From the IMG/VR virus record IMGVR_UViG_641509473_000001, positions 1 to 64,000 of that record: 64,000 nt of DNA. One strand, written 5' to 3'. Below are positions 7,995-18,034 of this stretch, piece by piece. The DNA comes from a virus (lineage: Duplodnaviria; Caudoviricetes). Every line of letters begins with the position of its first letter. The stretch's first letter is position 1. Both the position numbers and the translations under genes were made by a program. The notes under the pieces are model-generated. The model made no database searches, had not been told where the DNA came from, and saw nothing but the letters and a program-made list of their open reading frames with translations.

Positions 7995-9980
7995 CTAGCG
8001 CACCGGACAGGCGCCTGTAGCACAAGAGGGGTCTATGTCGTCTCCCATAAGCCCTCCTAGCCTGTCGTAGAAGGCCACGTCCTCGTCCAAAGTGGAGAAG
8101 TCGGGAAGCTTACGGACGAGGGCCTGGTAAGTCTCTTCGGAGATGGCCTCGAAGGGCATAAGCGGGTAGGTGGAGTCGTCCTTGGGCAAAAAGGAGACGG
8201 CCACATAGCTATCCCAGTTCTGGAGGAGCCAGTCCACCACCTCTTCCTTCTCCTCCGGGGCCACGTAGACGGTGATGCTAGTGTTGTGCTCGGTGTAGAC
8301 CGAGTTCACTAGCTTGTAGCGCTCAAGTTGCTCCACCGCCGTGTAATCATGCGCCTTACGAGTGGCGTTGGTCTTGACGGGGAACTCGAAGACCCAGACG
8401 TCGGCGGCGTCCAAGGAGTCGTAGCCTACCTCCGGCTTGGGCTCCATGCCCAAGGCGCGGAGCGCCTGGGCCACGGAGTCGTGCTTGTTTATCCGCACAC
8501 GGCGAATGTAGTAAGGAGCGTAGGCGGGATGTACGCCGCTAGAGACCCCGGCGAGGAGGCTCAAGGTGCCCTCAGGCTTCACCGTGGTGGCGAGCTTGGG
8601 TTTTGGAATGCCAAGTTCGGCGCTATAGCGCTTGGCCTCATCGTCTACCACGCTCCGCATCCAGGCCAGGACCTTGGCTAGGGCGTCGTTATCCAGGCCG
8701 GTGAGGTGGATGAAATCGTCTAGCCCGGTAAAGGACACCCCAATAAGCCTGTCTTCGTCCTGCACCCTCTGCCACTCGGAGAGCACGTCGGGGAACTGGG
8801 CCATGGTGATGCGGATGGCGTGGCGGGTGAGAAGGCGGAGGGTGTCTTCCAGGAGGGCGTAGTCCACCTGGCCGTCCTTCACGTGGTTGGGGAGAACGAC
8901 GGTAACCAGGTTACAGACTCCCTTGTTTCTTAGAATAATTTCGGCGCAGGGGTTAAGCCCTCTGAAGTCCTCCCGCCGCTTCAACGCCGCTTGAGCGTTG
9001 ACAAAACCTGGTTCGCCATACTGCAGGATTGCGTCGAAGAAGGAGAGCAGAGTGTCCCGGTCGGGCTTCTCGTAGAAGAGCACCGAGTTGTTGCTTTGAG
9101 CACGCCAAGGTGCAGTTGCCCACCAGTTTCCAGTCTTGGCCGCGATGAAGTTTTTACTATCCCAATCGCCTAGAGAAATCTGAGCGGAGCGGCGGGTGCC
9201 GCCCGCTACCACCATCCGGCCAATAAGGTTGGCAACATCAAGTGCTTTGACGTCGGTCCAGCCTTTAGGTATGGTGCCGCCTAGAATGAAAGCGGCGTTC
9301 AGGAAGAAGTCCTCCAAGGGTCCAGGCCCGCTAGCGAAGCCGCCGAAGCGCTTCAAGGGGCTACCGAGGGGACGCACGGAGTTCAGGTTGACGTGCAGAA
9401 GCTCTACATGCCTATCCCCCAGAAGCTCCAGGAAGAGCTTCACGGCTTCCGCCCAGCCTTCCCTGGAGTCCCCCACTACTAGCGTGGCCTCTTTGCCCAT
9501 GCGCTTAATGAAGCTCCGCTCGGTGTAGAGCGGGTGGCCGTAGCCATAAAACTCGTAGGGCAAGACGTGTAGTTTGGGCACACGGCGAATGGGAAGGTTT
9601 CGGTTCAGGGCTTCTATGTTGTCCCGCGTAACCCGAAACCCCACGCCCGCCCCGGACATGAGCAGGATGACCAGGTCGTAAAAGTCCTTGCCTGTCCTGA
9701 GGTCAGTAAAGGCACAGTTATAGTTCGCTTGCCCATTTTGGGCAATAAATGGGGTGCCGCCCGCCCAGAGCGTCCTACCGGCGGGGAAACCTCGTAGGTG
9801 GAGGAAGGTGTCGTAAAGCTTAAGCTTTTCCTGCTCCTCCACCTTGGCCAAGGAAGCGGAGTAGTCCACCACCCGCTTCACCGTCTCCGGCCAGGTCTCG
9901 CGCCTCTGCTTGTCCTCAAGAAACCGGGAGTAGGTCCTAAGATAGACAACACGCCCAAGCGGATTCATCAAGCTCTCCAT
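7995..9980 (-). CDS. nrdJ: Class II (B12-dependent, monomeric type) ribonucleotide reductase
   Basis: RTYSR, ETWPETVKRV, PAGRTLW, NYNC, GGTRRSA, NPCAEI, TVKPEGT, C-terminal CATGAC. Confidence 0.95.
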   Translation of the reverse strand: MESLMNPLGRVVYLRTYSRFLEDKQRRETWPETVKRVVDYSASLAKVEEQEKLKLYDTFLHLRGFPAGRTLWAGGTPFIAQNGQANYNCAFTDLRTGKDFYDLVILLMSGAGVGFRVTRDNIEALNRNLPIRRVPKLHVLPYEFYGYGHPLYTERSFIKRMGKEATLVVGDSREGWAEAVKLFLELLGDRHVELLHVNLNSVRPLGSPLKRFGGFASGPGPLEDFFLNAAFILGGTIPKGWTDVKALDVANLIGRMVVAGGTRRSAQISLGDWDSKNFIAAKTGNWWATAPWRAQSNNSVLFYEKPDRDTLLSFFDAILQYGEPGFVNAQAALKRREDFRGLNPCAEIILRNKGVCNLVTVVLPNHVKDGQVDYALLEDTLRLLTRHAIRITMAQFPDVLSEWQRVQDEDRLIGVSFTGLDDFIHLTGLDNDALAKVLAWMRSVVDDEAKRYSAELGIPKPKLATTVKPEGTLSLLAGVSSGVHPAYAPYYIRRVRINKHDSVAQALRALGMEPKPEVGYDSLDAADVWVFEFPVKTNATRKAHDYTAVEQLERYKLVNSVYTEHNTSITVYVAPEEKEEVVDWLLQNWDSYVAVSFLPKDDSTYPLMPFEAISEETYQALVRKLPDFSTLDEDVAFYDRLGGLMGDDIDPSCATGACPVR

Positions 9981-11043
9981 AGCCAATAGTGTCGAGGAAG
10001 CTCCTAATCGCCATCGCTACATGCCAAGCAAGGACGGGAGGCACGGCATTGCCGACAAGCCGATAAGCTTCCGACATGGGAGCGTAAAAAACGAAGTCGT
10101 CCGGGAAGCTTTGCAAACGAGCCGCCTCCCTAACCGCAAGCCTACGAAGAGAGCTATAGTCTACCGCACACCCCGTTTGCGAGGTTGGGCTAAACTCTAC
10201 CGGCTCGACAAGCGTGCCGCTTTGACGAGGCCGATAGTGCATTGGAAGTCCGGTATTACCCCTAGCTAGAATCGTGGGCGAAGGCTCATTGGGGTTAAGA
10301 ATACGCTCTTGATTCCAATAGGGGAAAAACTTGGTCTTAGTGTATTCGTGGTTGGGTAAGCTTCGGAGTTTATCTTCATCCTCAAGGTCGCCGATAGCTT
10401 CCTTAGCCGTTACCCACGGCAAAAGTCCATACTTAGCGGCTACTTGAGGGTTCGCATGAGTAGGTAGCGGGAAGGCAAAATCTCCTGGAAGGTCGCTCCG
10501 TACGCCGACAATAAAGACGCGCTCGCGCTTTTGCGGAACCCCGTAATCGGCGGCGTTAAGCACCTTGGCATATAAGCGGTATCCCGGTCCCGCATTAGCA
10601 AAGTCGTCCATCATCACCTTAATCGCCAAACCCTTATTAGCGGAAAGAAGACCTTTAACATTTTCCGCCACAAAGACCGCGGGTTTAGCGACTTCAATAG
10701 CACGCACAAGAGCGAGGTATAACCTACCCCTATTGACTTGAATACCGTGCCTACTACCCGCTAAGCTAAAATCTTGACACGGAAATCCGCCTATCACTAC
10801 GTCAACGCTAGGGATTTCGTGGTCTTGCAGGGTAGTAACGTCTTTAAGTTCGGCAACTGGGTCAAGGTTAGCGTTATAGGTATCTACCGCTCGGCGATTA
10901 TTGTCATAAGCCTTGACAACTTTAAATCCCGTTCGAGGATAGGTTTTACCTAAGAAGGTAAACCCCCCGGTAAAGCCAAGGTCCATTCCTCCAGCGCCGG
11001 AAAACAAAGAAAGAACGGTCCACGTCTTAGACTCCAAAGACAC
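9937..11043 (-). CDS. C5-cytosine DNA methyltransferase (orphan)
   Basis: FSGAGG, GGFPCQ, ENV, PQKRERV, REAARLQSFPD, GNAVPP; GTG start with GGAGGTGA RBS. Confidence 0.95.
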   Translation of the reverse strand: MSLESKTWTVLSLFSGAGGMDLGFTGGFTFLGKTYPRTGFKVVKAYDNNRRAVDTYNANLDPVAELKDVTTLQDHEIPSVDVVIGGFPCQDFSLAGSRHGIQVNRGRLYLALVRAIEVAKPAVFVAENVKGLLSANKGLAIKVMMDDFANAGPGYRLYAKVLNAADYGVPQKRERVFIVGVRSDLPGDFAFPLPTHANPQVAAKYGLLPWVTAKEAIGDLEDEDKLRSLPNHEYTKTKFFPYWNQERILNPNEPSPTILARGNTGLPMHYRPRQSGTLVEPVEFSPTSQTGCAVDYSSLRRLAVREAARLQSFPDDFVFYAPMSEAYRLVGNAVPPVLAWHVAMAIRSFLDTIGYGELDESAWACCLS

Positions 11044-11156
11044 TCACCTCCGTTAGGTCCCGTTTAGAGTGGGCGGGTTTAGAAGCTTAGGGTGAGCTAC
11101 CAAACGATAGCTAGCGGGTTTAGTAGCGCGATTAGTAGCTATGCGCTAAATAAGAG

Positions 11157-11186
11157 CGGGAGGCGGGGTGTTAACGCCGCCTCCCG
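11157..11186. other. GC-rich hairpin upstream of the methylase
   Basis: CGGGAGGCGG...CCGCCTCCCG inverted repeat. Confidence 0.5.
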
Positions 11187-11201
11187 AACCGAAAGCCTGT
11201 G

Positions 11202-11696
11202 TTAGGCGTTATCCGCCTTAACGTCAAGAAGGTCGGGATGGAGCACCTTGCGGAGAATCTCGTCGTAGTCTAGCTCAGGGAAGAGGTACTTATCCCTAGC
11301 CCATTCAGGAACAATGTCTATTTCCAAGGTAGGGTCCCTCTTCCAAAGCATAGCGGTGAAATGGGGCAAACGGAAATACCTCAAGACCTTGCGCGGCACC
11401 GCATTCATGGAATAACCGACGGAACAGCAATCTCCAAAGGGAGGGTCGCCATAATGCCATGAAGCGGTTTTGAAAGCTTCGGCCAAGTTGGGGTAAACCA
11501 ATGGGTCGTTCCAAGCGTCAACAACATACACCTTCCCGCACCATTGACAATGAATAACGATTAGAGCATGTTCAGTAGCGGCAAGCTCGTCTAAGCCGTT
11601 TCCAGGATGCCAAGGTTCCCATCTTGGCACACCGCGCCAATCCCACCAGAGGGGCTCAGGTCTACCCTTAAGCAAGTCGTAGAAGTAAGGCTTCAT
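11202..11696 (-). CDS. Hypothetical protein with CxxC and HYGDPP motifs
   Basis: HCQWCG, WHYGDPPFGDCC. Confidence 0.6.
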   Translation of the reverse strand: MKPYFYDLLKGRPEPLWWDWRGVPRWEPWHPGNGLDELAATEHALIVIHCQWCGKVYVVDAWNDPLVYPNLAEAFKTASWHYGDPPFGDCCSVGYSMNAVPRKVLRYFRLPHFTAMLWKRDPTLEIDIVPEWARDKYLFPELDYDEILRKVLHPDLLDVKADNA

Positions 11697-11708
11697 GATT
11701 CACCTCTG

Positions 11709-12149
11709 TCATTTAAACCATCCTTCGCCTAAGCTAACGGCGAAGTTGTAGATTTCCTTTTGTATTTGTTGCTCCTCTCTAGCTAGCTCTTCGGAGTAGC
11801 CATTGAATAAGAACGTTCCCTCGTCTTTGAGAACGTCAACTAAGAGCCCGCTCACAGAGAAGTAGACTAACGTCGTCCCGTCTTTTTGAAACTCATGACG
11901 TGTAGGCAAAACATGGTAATCAGGGACTATCCCTAGCTCGTCAAGCTTGCTCTCCAAGTTCTTTATAGCTTTAACTTGCTCCTTGTAAAGGCCAACCCTA
12001 CCGCGCTTAATGGGGAAAAAGGGACGAATAGCAGAAAGAAGGGTTTTGGCCGCGGAAAGTAGTTCTTCCTTATCGTTAGTAATCTTGAAGCGGTACTCCT
12101 TACCATCGTAAGAAAAGGAGCTAAGGATATAGTACCTTTTGTTCGCCAT
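11709..12149 (-). CDS. Hypothetical protein, paralog of 12513..12926
   Basis: KEELLSAAKTLLSAIRPFFP ... NFAVSLGEGWF. Confidence 0.7.
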   Translation of the reverse strand: MANKRYYILSSFSYDGKEYRFKITNDKEELLSAAKTLLSAIRPFFPIKRGRVGLYKEQVKAIKNLESKLDELGIVPDYHVLPTRHEFQKDGTTLVYFSVSGLLVDVLKDEGTFLFNGYSEELAREEQQIQKEIYNFAVSLGEGWFK

Positions 12150-12167
12150 TAACAACCCTCCTTAGCT

Positions 12168-12509
12168 TTACTCCTCAGGAGCCGTGCGGTCTGTGGTAAG
12201 CCAAACGCAAGATTGGAGGTCTTTAAGACGAAGATGCTCGTTAAGCTTGTCGTAAACCAGGTCAAAGTATGGACCGTACCAAGGATTCTGCACAAAGATA
12301 AACACGCACTCTTGACCGCACCAAGGGCTAAGGTAAATAGTTACCATGGCTTCAGGAAGAAGCTCACCAATAGCCTTTACAAGCTCAAGAACCACCTCAC
12401 GCGCGTCGGGATTGGCAAGTAAGTACCCGCCGATTTCCTCTAGCGAGCCCTTGTAAGACACGAAGTGAGGTAGGTCGTGCAATGGAGCTAACAAGTCTAG
12501 GGTTTCCAT
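12168..12509 (-). CDS. Hypothetical protein
   Basis: 113-aa ORF within the operon. Confidence 0.6.
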   Translation of the reverse strand: METLDLLAPLHDLPHFVSYKGSLEEIGGYLLANPDAREVVLELVKAIGELLPEAMVTIYLSPWCGQECVFIFVQNPWYGPYFDLVYDKLNEHLRLKDLQSCVWLTTDRTAPEE

Positions 12510-12512
12510 GAT

Positions 12513-12926
12513 TCACACAAACCAATCGTCGCCAAGTGAAGTAGCGAAGTTGACTAGCTCGTCGTGCAAGCTCTCGCTCTCTTCTCTAGACCAACGCACA
12601 AAGCCGCCTTTTTGAGCGAGCACCCGGATATGGAGTTTGTAGAGGGCAAAGACCCTAACGACGTTCTCACCCTCGTAAAAGAACGCAACGGGTAAGGATA
12701 CGAAGTCCCCGTCAAAGCCAAGCTCTTCGAGGGCGGCATCAAGTTGACTGACGCTTTCCATCTCGTCTAGCGAATCGTCCGGGCCTTCGACCACGGGGAA
12801 GAAGGGCCTAACCGCGGCCAGTAGCGCCTTAGCCGCGGTCAGGACCTCTTCCTTGTTGTCGCTTATTTTCAAAATGGACTCTATTCCCTCCGGGTTAGTG
12901 ATGACGAGCAGGTACCATTTACGCAT
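12513..12926 (-). CDS. Hypothetical protein, paralog of 11709..12149
   Basis: KEEVLTAAKALLAAVRPFFP ... NFATSLGDDWF. Confidence 0.7.
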   Translation of the reverse strand: MRKWYLLVITNPEGIESILKISDNKEEVLTAAKALLAAVRPFFPVVEGPDDSLDEMESVSQLDAALEELGFDGDFVSLPVAFFYEGENVVRVFALYKLHIRVLAQKGGFVRWSREESESLHDELVNFATSLGDDWFV

Positions 12927-13571
12927 GTACGCTCCACCTCAACGTCCAAGAGCATGGTTACGCCGTGCTTGCGAGAGAGCCGCACAAGCTCAATAGCGAG
13001 GTCGGCGTAGCGCCGCTCGGCTTCTTCGTGAGAAGCCACATAAGCGGTGAAGATTGCTACGCCGTCCTCGTCATGCGGCCCTTCGTAGTGAAGGATGAGG
13101 TTTTGGGACCGGTAGCGCTCTAGTACGGAGCGGGCTTCCTGAAGTGCGAGGTCCTTAGCTCCACCATCCGTCATCGGTAAGCTCATCGTCCATGGCGCGG
13201 CTGTAGAGGGACTTGGCATCGCCGGGCAGTACGCCCTGGTCCAGGGTGGTGTAGGCTTCCGGCGTGAAGTGCCAACCAGAGAAGTGCCACACCACTTTCC
13301 TATGCCCGGAGGGTAAGACTTCCCAAACTAAAATACGGCCATGCTCCGGGCAAGGAGTAGTGTCGGTATAGCGGTTTTTGAGATACGCTAACGCCTCTTC
13401 TAAAGAGCCAAAGCTACGCGCTTCAGGTTTGGTAGAAGCGTAGTCGTAGCCGTCTACGTAATCACAGTAATCAACGGAGCAGTTGTCCTCAACCACGACA
13501 ACGTATTCAGTTCGGTTAGACGTATCTCCCGCTAACCGACGAAACAAGCGTTCACGCTCCTGCTTGGTCAT
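12881..13571 (-). CDS. Two hypothetical proteins (12881..13174, 13155..13571)
   Basis: Overlapping ORFs; ATG 13571 follows a GGAGG RBS. Confidence 0.6.
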
Positions 13572-13581
13572 ACTTAACCTC

Positions 13582-13878
13582 CTAGTTTCCAGGAAAGGAA
13601 ACGAAAACATTACCGTCGCGCAAAGCGCTAGCAAAGGTCTGAGGTCTATGGTTAAGCAGAACTACCAAGAAGAACTCGTCGTCGCCCAAAATCTCCTTAC
13701 CCACCTTCAAGGTTAGGCCATAAGGCGGCGTGATGAGGATAAAGGAGATTAGAGCGTGAAGCTCGTCTTTACCTGGTATGTAAAGGGGTTTAAGCCGCTC
13801 AAGGCTACCTTCGTCAATAAGCTGGTACTGTCCGCCATAAAGCCCGTACACTTCAATGACGTTCTGCACGTTAGTCAT
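13582..13878 (-). CDS. Hypothetical protein, tandem paralog A
   Basis: TPP...DDEFFLVVLL...DGNVFVSFPGN; GGAGG RBS. Confidence 0.7.
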   Translation of the reverse strand: MTNVQNVIEVYGLYGGQYQLIDEGSLERLKPLYIPGKDELHALISFILITPPYGLTLKVGKEILGDDEFFLVVLLNHRPQTFASALRDGNVFVSFPGN

Positions 13879-13888
13879 ATCTACCTCC

Positions 13889-14182
13889 CTAGTTTCCCGC
13901 GAAGGAGACGAACACGTTGCCATCCTGCAAAGCGGTTCCAAGAGTTTGAGAATAGTGTTGGAGGAGAACTACCAAGAAGAAGTTTTCATCGTCTACAGGA
14001 GTATCGCGTACAAAGAGCGTTGCTCCTGAAGGGGGAGTGAGAAAAACAAAGGTAGCCGACGGATGAACCTTTTGCCTAGGCGGTATAGGAAAGTTCTCAA
14101 GTTGGTTAAACTCCTTCTCTGCTTCCTCAGAAAGGACTAAGAGGTATTTCCCTTCGTAAAGTCCCTCAAGTTCTAGCACCAT
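13889..14182 (-). CDS. Hypothetical protein, tandem paralog B
   Basis: TPP...DENFFLVVLL...DGNVFVSFAGN; GGAGG RBS. Confidence 0.7.
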   Translation of the reverse strand: MVLELEGLYEGKYLLVLSEEAEKEFNQLENFPIPPRQKVHPSATFVFLTPPSGATLFVRDTPVDDENFFLVVLLQHYSQTLGTALQDGNVFVSFAGN

Positions 14183-14203
14183 TATGTCCACCTCCTTCAA
14201 GCG

Positions 14204-14605
14204 CTAGTGAACATAGACCCGCCCTTCTAGCCAGCAAAAAGGATTGGTGCTTTGAGAGCACCTGTCCACCAAGTTGAGCGCCAAGGCCAAAACGGCCAAA
14301 GCCATGCTATCGGTATCAGACCGAAGTAAAGCCTGGATGGCGTAGGCTAGGAGACGTCGTAGATAGGCATAGGCTCTATTTGCCACCTCAACATCTTCAG
14401 ACCCTCTCTTGTTGACTATTAATGATGCGTTAAACTCGGCGCCGTTGTAGAAGTTGAGGTTTAAGGTAAAAGCTTCGCCCTTAACCACTACGTACTCGTC
14501 CCCTTCCCCATCCTCCACGGGCCAAAGCACTTCGGCGGCTATGTCAAGCTCTGTAGACACGGCCTCGGCGTAGAAGCGCAAGAGGTCCGCGACTTCCTTT
14601 TCCAT
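14204..14605 (-). CDS. Hypothetical protein
   Basis: 133-aa ORF directly after thyX. Confidence 0.6.
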   Translation of the reverse strand: MEKEVADLLRFYAEAVSTELDIAAEVLWPVEDGEGDEYVVVKGEAFTLNLNFYNGAEFNASLIVNKRGSEDVEVANRAYAYLRRLLAYAIQALLRSDTDSMALAVLALALNLVDRCSQSTNPFCWLEGRVYVH

Positions 14606-14607
14606 TC

Positions 14608-15366
14608 CTACGCCTCCTTACCTTCCAGAACAATCTCCTTCCACGTTTGGACCGTGATGGGCACGAGCGGTTCTATTAGCCGAAGAATAGCCTCGGCGTA
14701 CTGACGAATCTCCAACTGGGCGTGGGAGTCCAAGCGAAGCTTGAGGAAGTGCAGGAGGTTCCTCAAGTCCTGCTTCCAGTAGAACTGGGTGTAGGCGCTC
14801 ACCGGGAGGACCATGCGGGCCATCTCCCTGGCCACGCCCGCCTGGAGCAGGGCCTCGTACGCCTGAAACGCCATCGCTACCGCCTCGGTGTAGGCGTCGG
14901 TAGCGTGAGCGTTGGTTAGCTCATCTAGCTCGCCAACACTACCCTGCTTGTTCTTTGTGTCCTGCAGGCGCCACTTGTGCGGGGTATAAAACTCGTCCTC
15001 CACCACGGAGTAGCGGGCCGAAATCTCGTTCACGCTCGCCGTGCGGTGGCGGAACCATTGGCGGGCCACAAAGATGGGAGCCTTGACGTGGAACTTGAAC
15101 TCCACCATCTCAAAGGGCGACCAATGCTCGTGCTTGAGCAGGTAGCGGATGAGTTTTTCGTCATCCCTAACGGTCTTGGTGCCCTTGCCATAGGAGACCC
15201 TAGCCGCCCGAACAATCTGAGCGTCCAGGGTGTGGCCGTGGTCTACGATGAAGCCGGTGTAGGCGAAGTGGTCGTCAAAGCCTAGGGGCCTGGTGTCTAC
15301 GAGGTCCACCAGGTACCCCACCAATCGCACGAAACCCTTATCGAGCACGCTTATTTCGTTGGTCAT
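14608..15366 (-). CDS. thyX: Flavin-dependent thymidylate synthase
   Basis: AARVSY, HWSPFE, RQWFRHRTASVNEISARY, AREMARMVLP, LRLDSHAQLEIR. Confidence 0.97.
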   Translation of the reverse strand: MTNEISVLDKGFVRLVGYLVDLVDTRPLGFDDHFAYTGFIVDHGHTLDAQIVRAARVSYGKGTKTVRDDEKLIRYLLKHEHWSPFEMVEFKFHVKAPIFVARQWFRHRTASVNEISARYSVVEDEFYTPHKWRLQDTKNKQGSVGELDELTNAHATDAYTEAVAMAFQAYEALLQAGVAREMARMVLPVSAYTQFYWKQDLRNLLHFLKLRLDSHAQLEIRQYAEAILRLIEPLVPITVQTWKEIVLEGKEA

Positions 15367-15550
15367 TAGAGCTCCCCTTTTCCAGCCTTGCTAGCTTTAA
15401 GACCAAAGGCGAGTCCCACCACAACGCGGTGTTGCAACTCTCGGTTTCGCAAACGTATAGGGGTTCGTCCTTGGCGTACTTTATCCGCATGGGGGCGCCA
15501 CAGTTTGGGCAAGAAATGGTCAACAAGTAGTGCTCGGCGAAATAGGGCAT
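15338..15550 (-). CDS. Small Zn-ribbon protein
   Basis: CPNCGAPM...CETESC. Confidence 0.6.
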   Translation of the reverse strand: MPYFAEHYLLTISCPNCGAPMRIKYAKDEPLYVCETESCNTALWWDSPLVLKLARLEKGSSNDQRNKRAR

Positions 15551-15551
15551 A

Positions 15552-15725
15552 TTAGCTCCCTAGCGCCATTTGTGCGAAGACCCATATAGGGATTAGTTGC
15601 GCTACCGCCATTACGCTAGCTAATAGCTTGCAAAAGGGGTTTTCCTCTTCGGTGGCGATATAAGACCACCAAGCAAAGAGCAAGATGTGCACCATCATTC
15701 CGATTATTCCGAGAATAGCGTCCAT
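15552..15725 (-). CDS. 57-aa two-TM membrane protein (not in ORF track)
   Basis: Hand translation MDAILGIIGMMVHILLFAWWSYIATEEENPFCKLLASVMAVAQLIPIWVFAQMALGS; AGGAGG RBS. Confidence 0.7.
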   Translation of the reverse strand: MDAILGIIGMMVHILLFAWWSYIATEEENPFCKLLASVMAVAQLIPIWVFAQMALGS

Positions 15726-15742
15726 AACGCCTCCTTGAGGTT

Positions 15743-15943
15743 TTACGGAGCCGAAGTCAAGCTAAAGGCTAGCTTGTGTAACACGGAGATGATAAAGACG
15801 AAGATGGTAGCGAGAAAGACCGAACCTAGCTTTCCGGTAAAGTCGGTTTCCTCACGGATTGCCTGAACCGTAACGACGGCAATAAGCACAGTAGCCATCA
15901 CGGCAAAAACCAAGACCATGAAGCTAAACAAGTTTGAGCACAT
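15743..15943 (-). CDS. Two-TM membrane protein
   Basis: Two hydrophobic helices around REETDFTGKL. Confidence 0.65.
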   Translation of the reverse strand: MCSNLFSFMVLVFAVMATVLIAVVTVQAIREETDFTGKLGSVFLATIFVFIISVLHKLAFSLTSAP

Positions 15944-16457
15944 GGGCACCTTCCTTAAGCTTGGACCAAAGGTCGGACACCTTAGCTTTTAGGTCCGTAA
16001 GAGTGCCGTCGTTGACCAAAGTGGCGTGGATTAGACCATGCGCTTTGAGCCTGGCTAAGTTCTCCGCCTCGCGAGGCTCCGCCGCTTCTACTCCAGGGCG
16101 CGTGATTTCAACAATCACGCCTCCCGACTCCACCCACCACTTGGCCTCTCTAAGGTCAAAGACGCGGGTGTTGACCAGAAAAGGGTGGGGTTCGCATTCC
16201 CGCTTGAAGGCGTCCAAGAACTCGTCGTAGCGGTAGTAGCCGTGCCAGACCAGGAAGTCGCGGATGATTTCCTTCTCGCGCGGGTCCTCGGTGAAGGCGC
16301 TAATACCGAGGTACTCGCGCAAGACCGGGTCGGCGGAGCGCTTGATGATGTTGCCCAAGCTAGCTCGCTTAAACCTAGGCTCTAGCTCCTCCAACATTAA
16401 GGCCACGGTGTCTTTACCAACGCGGGCGTAGCCTGTAAGCCCTACCCAAACACGCAT
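15924..16457 (-). CDS. Deoxynucleoside monophosphate kinase-like P-loop protein
   Basis: GLTGYARVGKDT, GGVIVEITRPG, LVNDGTL. Confidence 0.8.
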   Translation of the reverse strand: MRVWVGLTGYARVGKDTVALMLEELEPRFKRASLGNIIKRSADPVLREYLGISAFTEDPREKEIIRDFLVWHGYYRYDEFLDAFKRECEPHPFLVNTRVFDLREAKWWVESGGVIVEITRPGVEAAEPREAENLARLKAHGLIHATLVNDGTLTDLKAKVSDLWSKLKEGAHVLKLV

Positions 16458-16475
16458 AGCGGATTCTCCAGGGAT

Positions 16476-16507
16476 AAAAAACAGGGGCTCCCGTTAGAGA
16501 GCCCCTG
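16476..16507 (-). terminator. Intra-operon intrinsic terminator
   Basis: Minus strand CAGGGGCTC-loop-GAGCCCCTG-TTTTTT. Confidence 0.75.
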
Positions 16508-16511
16508 AGGG

Positions 16512-16988
16512 TTAGCGCGCTAAAGCTTTAGCGCTCTCTATGCGTTTAAGGTTGACCTCGTACTTGCGCAAGTAGGCGCTTTCCAAGGTGTCGTAGTCCC
16601 AGAGATGCGTTAAGGCAAAGAGGAAATCTGGAGCTACGGGATAGCCACCGGCAATAGCTTCACCTAAGGCGATTAAGAGAAGGTGAAAAGCCTTAGGTGG
16701 ATTGGGTAGGATTGTAGAAGAAAAGTTGGTGTTGTAGTAAACCAAGTCCCGAACAAGGTCTAGCGTCAGGGCGAAGAAGAGCACGTCCGCCGCCTCTTCC
16801 AACGCCTTGGCCTGGTCAATCTCGCCGTCGGGCTTCCACCAGGCCCATAGGGGCTTGAGCTCGTTGGCGAGCTCACCCACTTCGGCCACAAGGGCCGTGA
16901 GCACCTCCCGCTCGCCCTTGGGCTTGTCAGGGAAGAGGGCGAAGAAGTCCCGGTTGAGCCGGTTCTGCAGTTCGTAAAGATGCCTCAT
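16512..16988 (-). CDS. All-alpha (dimeric dUTPase/MazG-like) NTP pyrophosphatase
   Basis: ALVAEVGELANE..WAWWK, LEEAADVLFF, AYLRKYEVN; ATG overlaps the upstream TGA. Confidence 0.85.
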   Translation of the reverse strand: MRHLYELQNRLNRDFFALFPDKPKGEREVLTALVAEVGELANELKPLWAWWKPDGEIDQAKALEEAADVLFFALTLDLVRDLVYYNTNFSSTILPNPPKAFHLLLIALGEAIAGGYPVAPDFLFALTHLWDYDTLESAYLRKYEVNLKRIESAKALAR

Positions 16989-17511
16989 CGCCTGAAGCGC
17001 TCCACGTGCTTGCACTTCACAATGCTCAGGAAGTTGAAGGCGTCGGTTCCGGTGAGCACCACGCTGTAGCCGGGCCAGAGCACCCTGACCTGAGGTCCAG
17101 CAGGACCGTCCTCCACTTCCCAAGCGCTCCAGTCGTGCCTAAATCCGCCGTGCTTGTGATAAAAGACTCGGTCCGCGTCAATAACCACGGGTTCCTTAGC
17201 CATCTTAGCCACAGCAATCTGCATGGTCGTCATAGGTTGCCTCCTTTGAGAAAGGATTCCGCCACCTCCTTGGCCTTTTCCAAGGCGGCGGGTAAGGGAA
17301 CAAAGCCTTCGTCGTCTTTGGGCAAAAGCACCCACGCCTGGTACAGGCAAAAGACGGCGAAGACTTCCGGGTTGGCGTAAGCGAGGTTGACCAGGTGGCC
17401 TACGGAAAGCTTGCCCACCATGCGCTTGATGTCGGCGTCCTTCACTCTAGCAAAGGAGATGTACGTAACGCCGTCCACCAGGCGCTCGTCGTACATGGTT
17501 TGCGGCCTCAT
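16985..17511 (-). CDS. Two hypothetical proteins (16985..17233, 17230..17511)
   Basis: ATGA-coupled ORFs. Confidence 0.6.
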
Positions 17512-18034
17512 TCTGGTAGAAAGGCAATGTCGGGGTTGCGGCTTGGCTCAGGCCGATGTTGACCGACGTAGCGCCCTTGGTAGGGCCTAAGAGGAAAGCA
17601 AAGTTGGGCTTCCACCTGAATGATGGGCTTAAAGGGCACAAGACGTCCAGGCACTCCGAACTCTAGCTCCAAGGTCAAGGTGCCGTGAAAGCCTGGGTCC
17701 ACGTAAAGCGCCGTGCGGTGGTTGAGCCCGGCGCGGGCCACGGAGCTCTTGAGCATGCCCTGAAGGCGAATAAACCTAGGCACCCTCAGGTACTCACAGG
17801 TGTGGGCGAGGACCGAATCTCCAGGCAGGAAGCGGTTCTCAAGCACGGTGCCGTCCTCTAAAAGGATGCGGTCCCCGTCTAGAACTCCGCGCGCGCCTAG
17901 GGCTTTGCCCTGGTACACTTGCAGTATAACATGCCTGTCAAGTGCTAGGTCGTAGCTCGTAGGGCCGATTCGCTCAGGGTTGAAGGGGGAAACGAGGCGT
18001 TTGCCAAACGTGTGCCAAAACCAATCAGGCAGAA

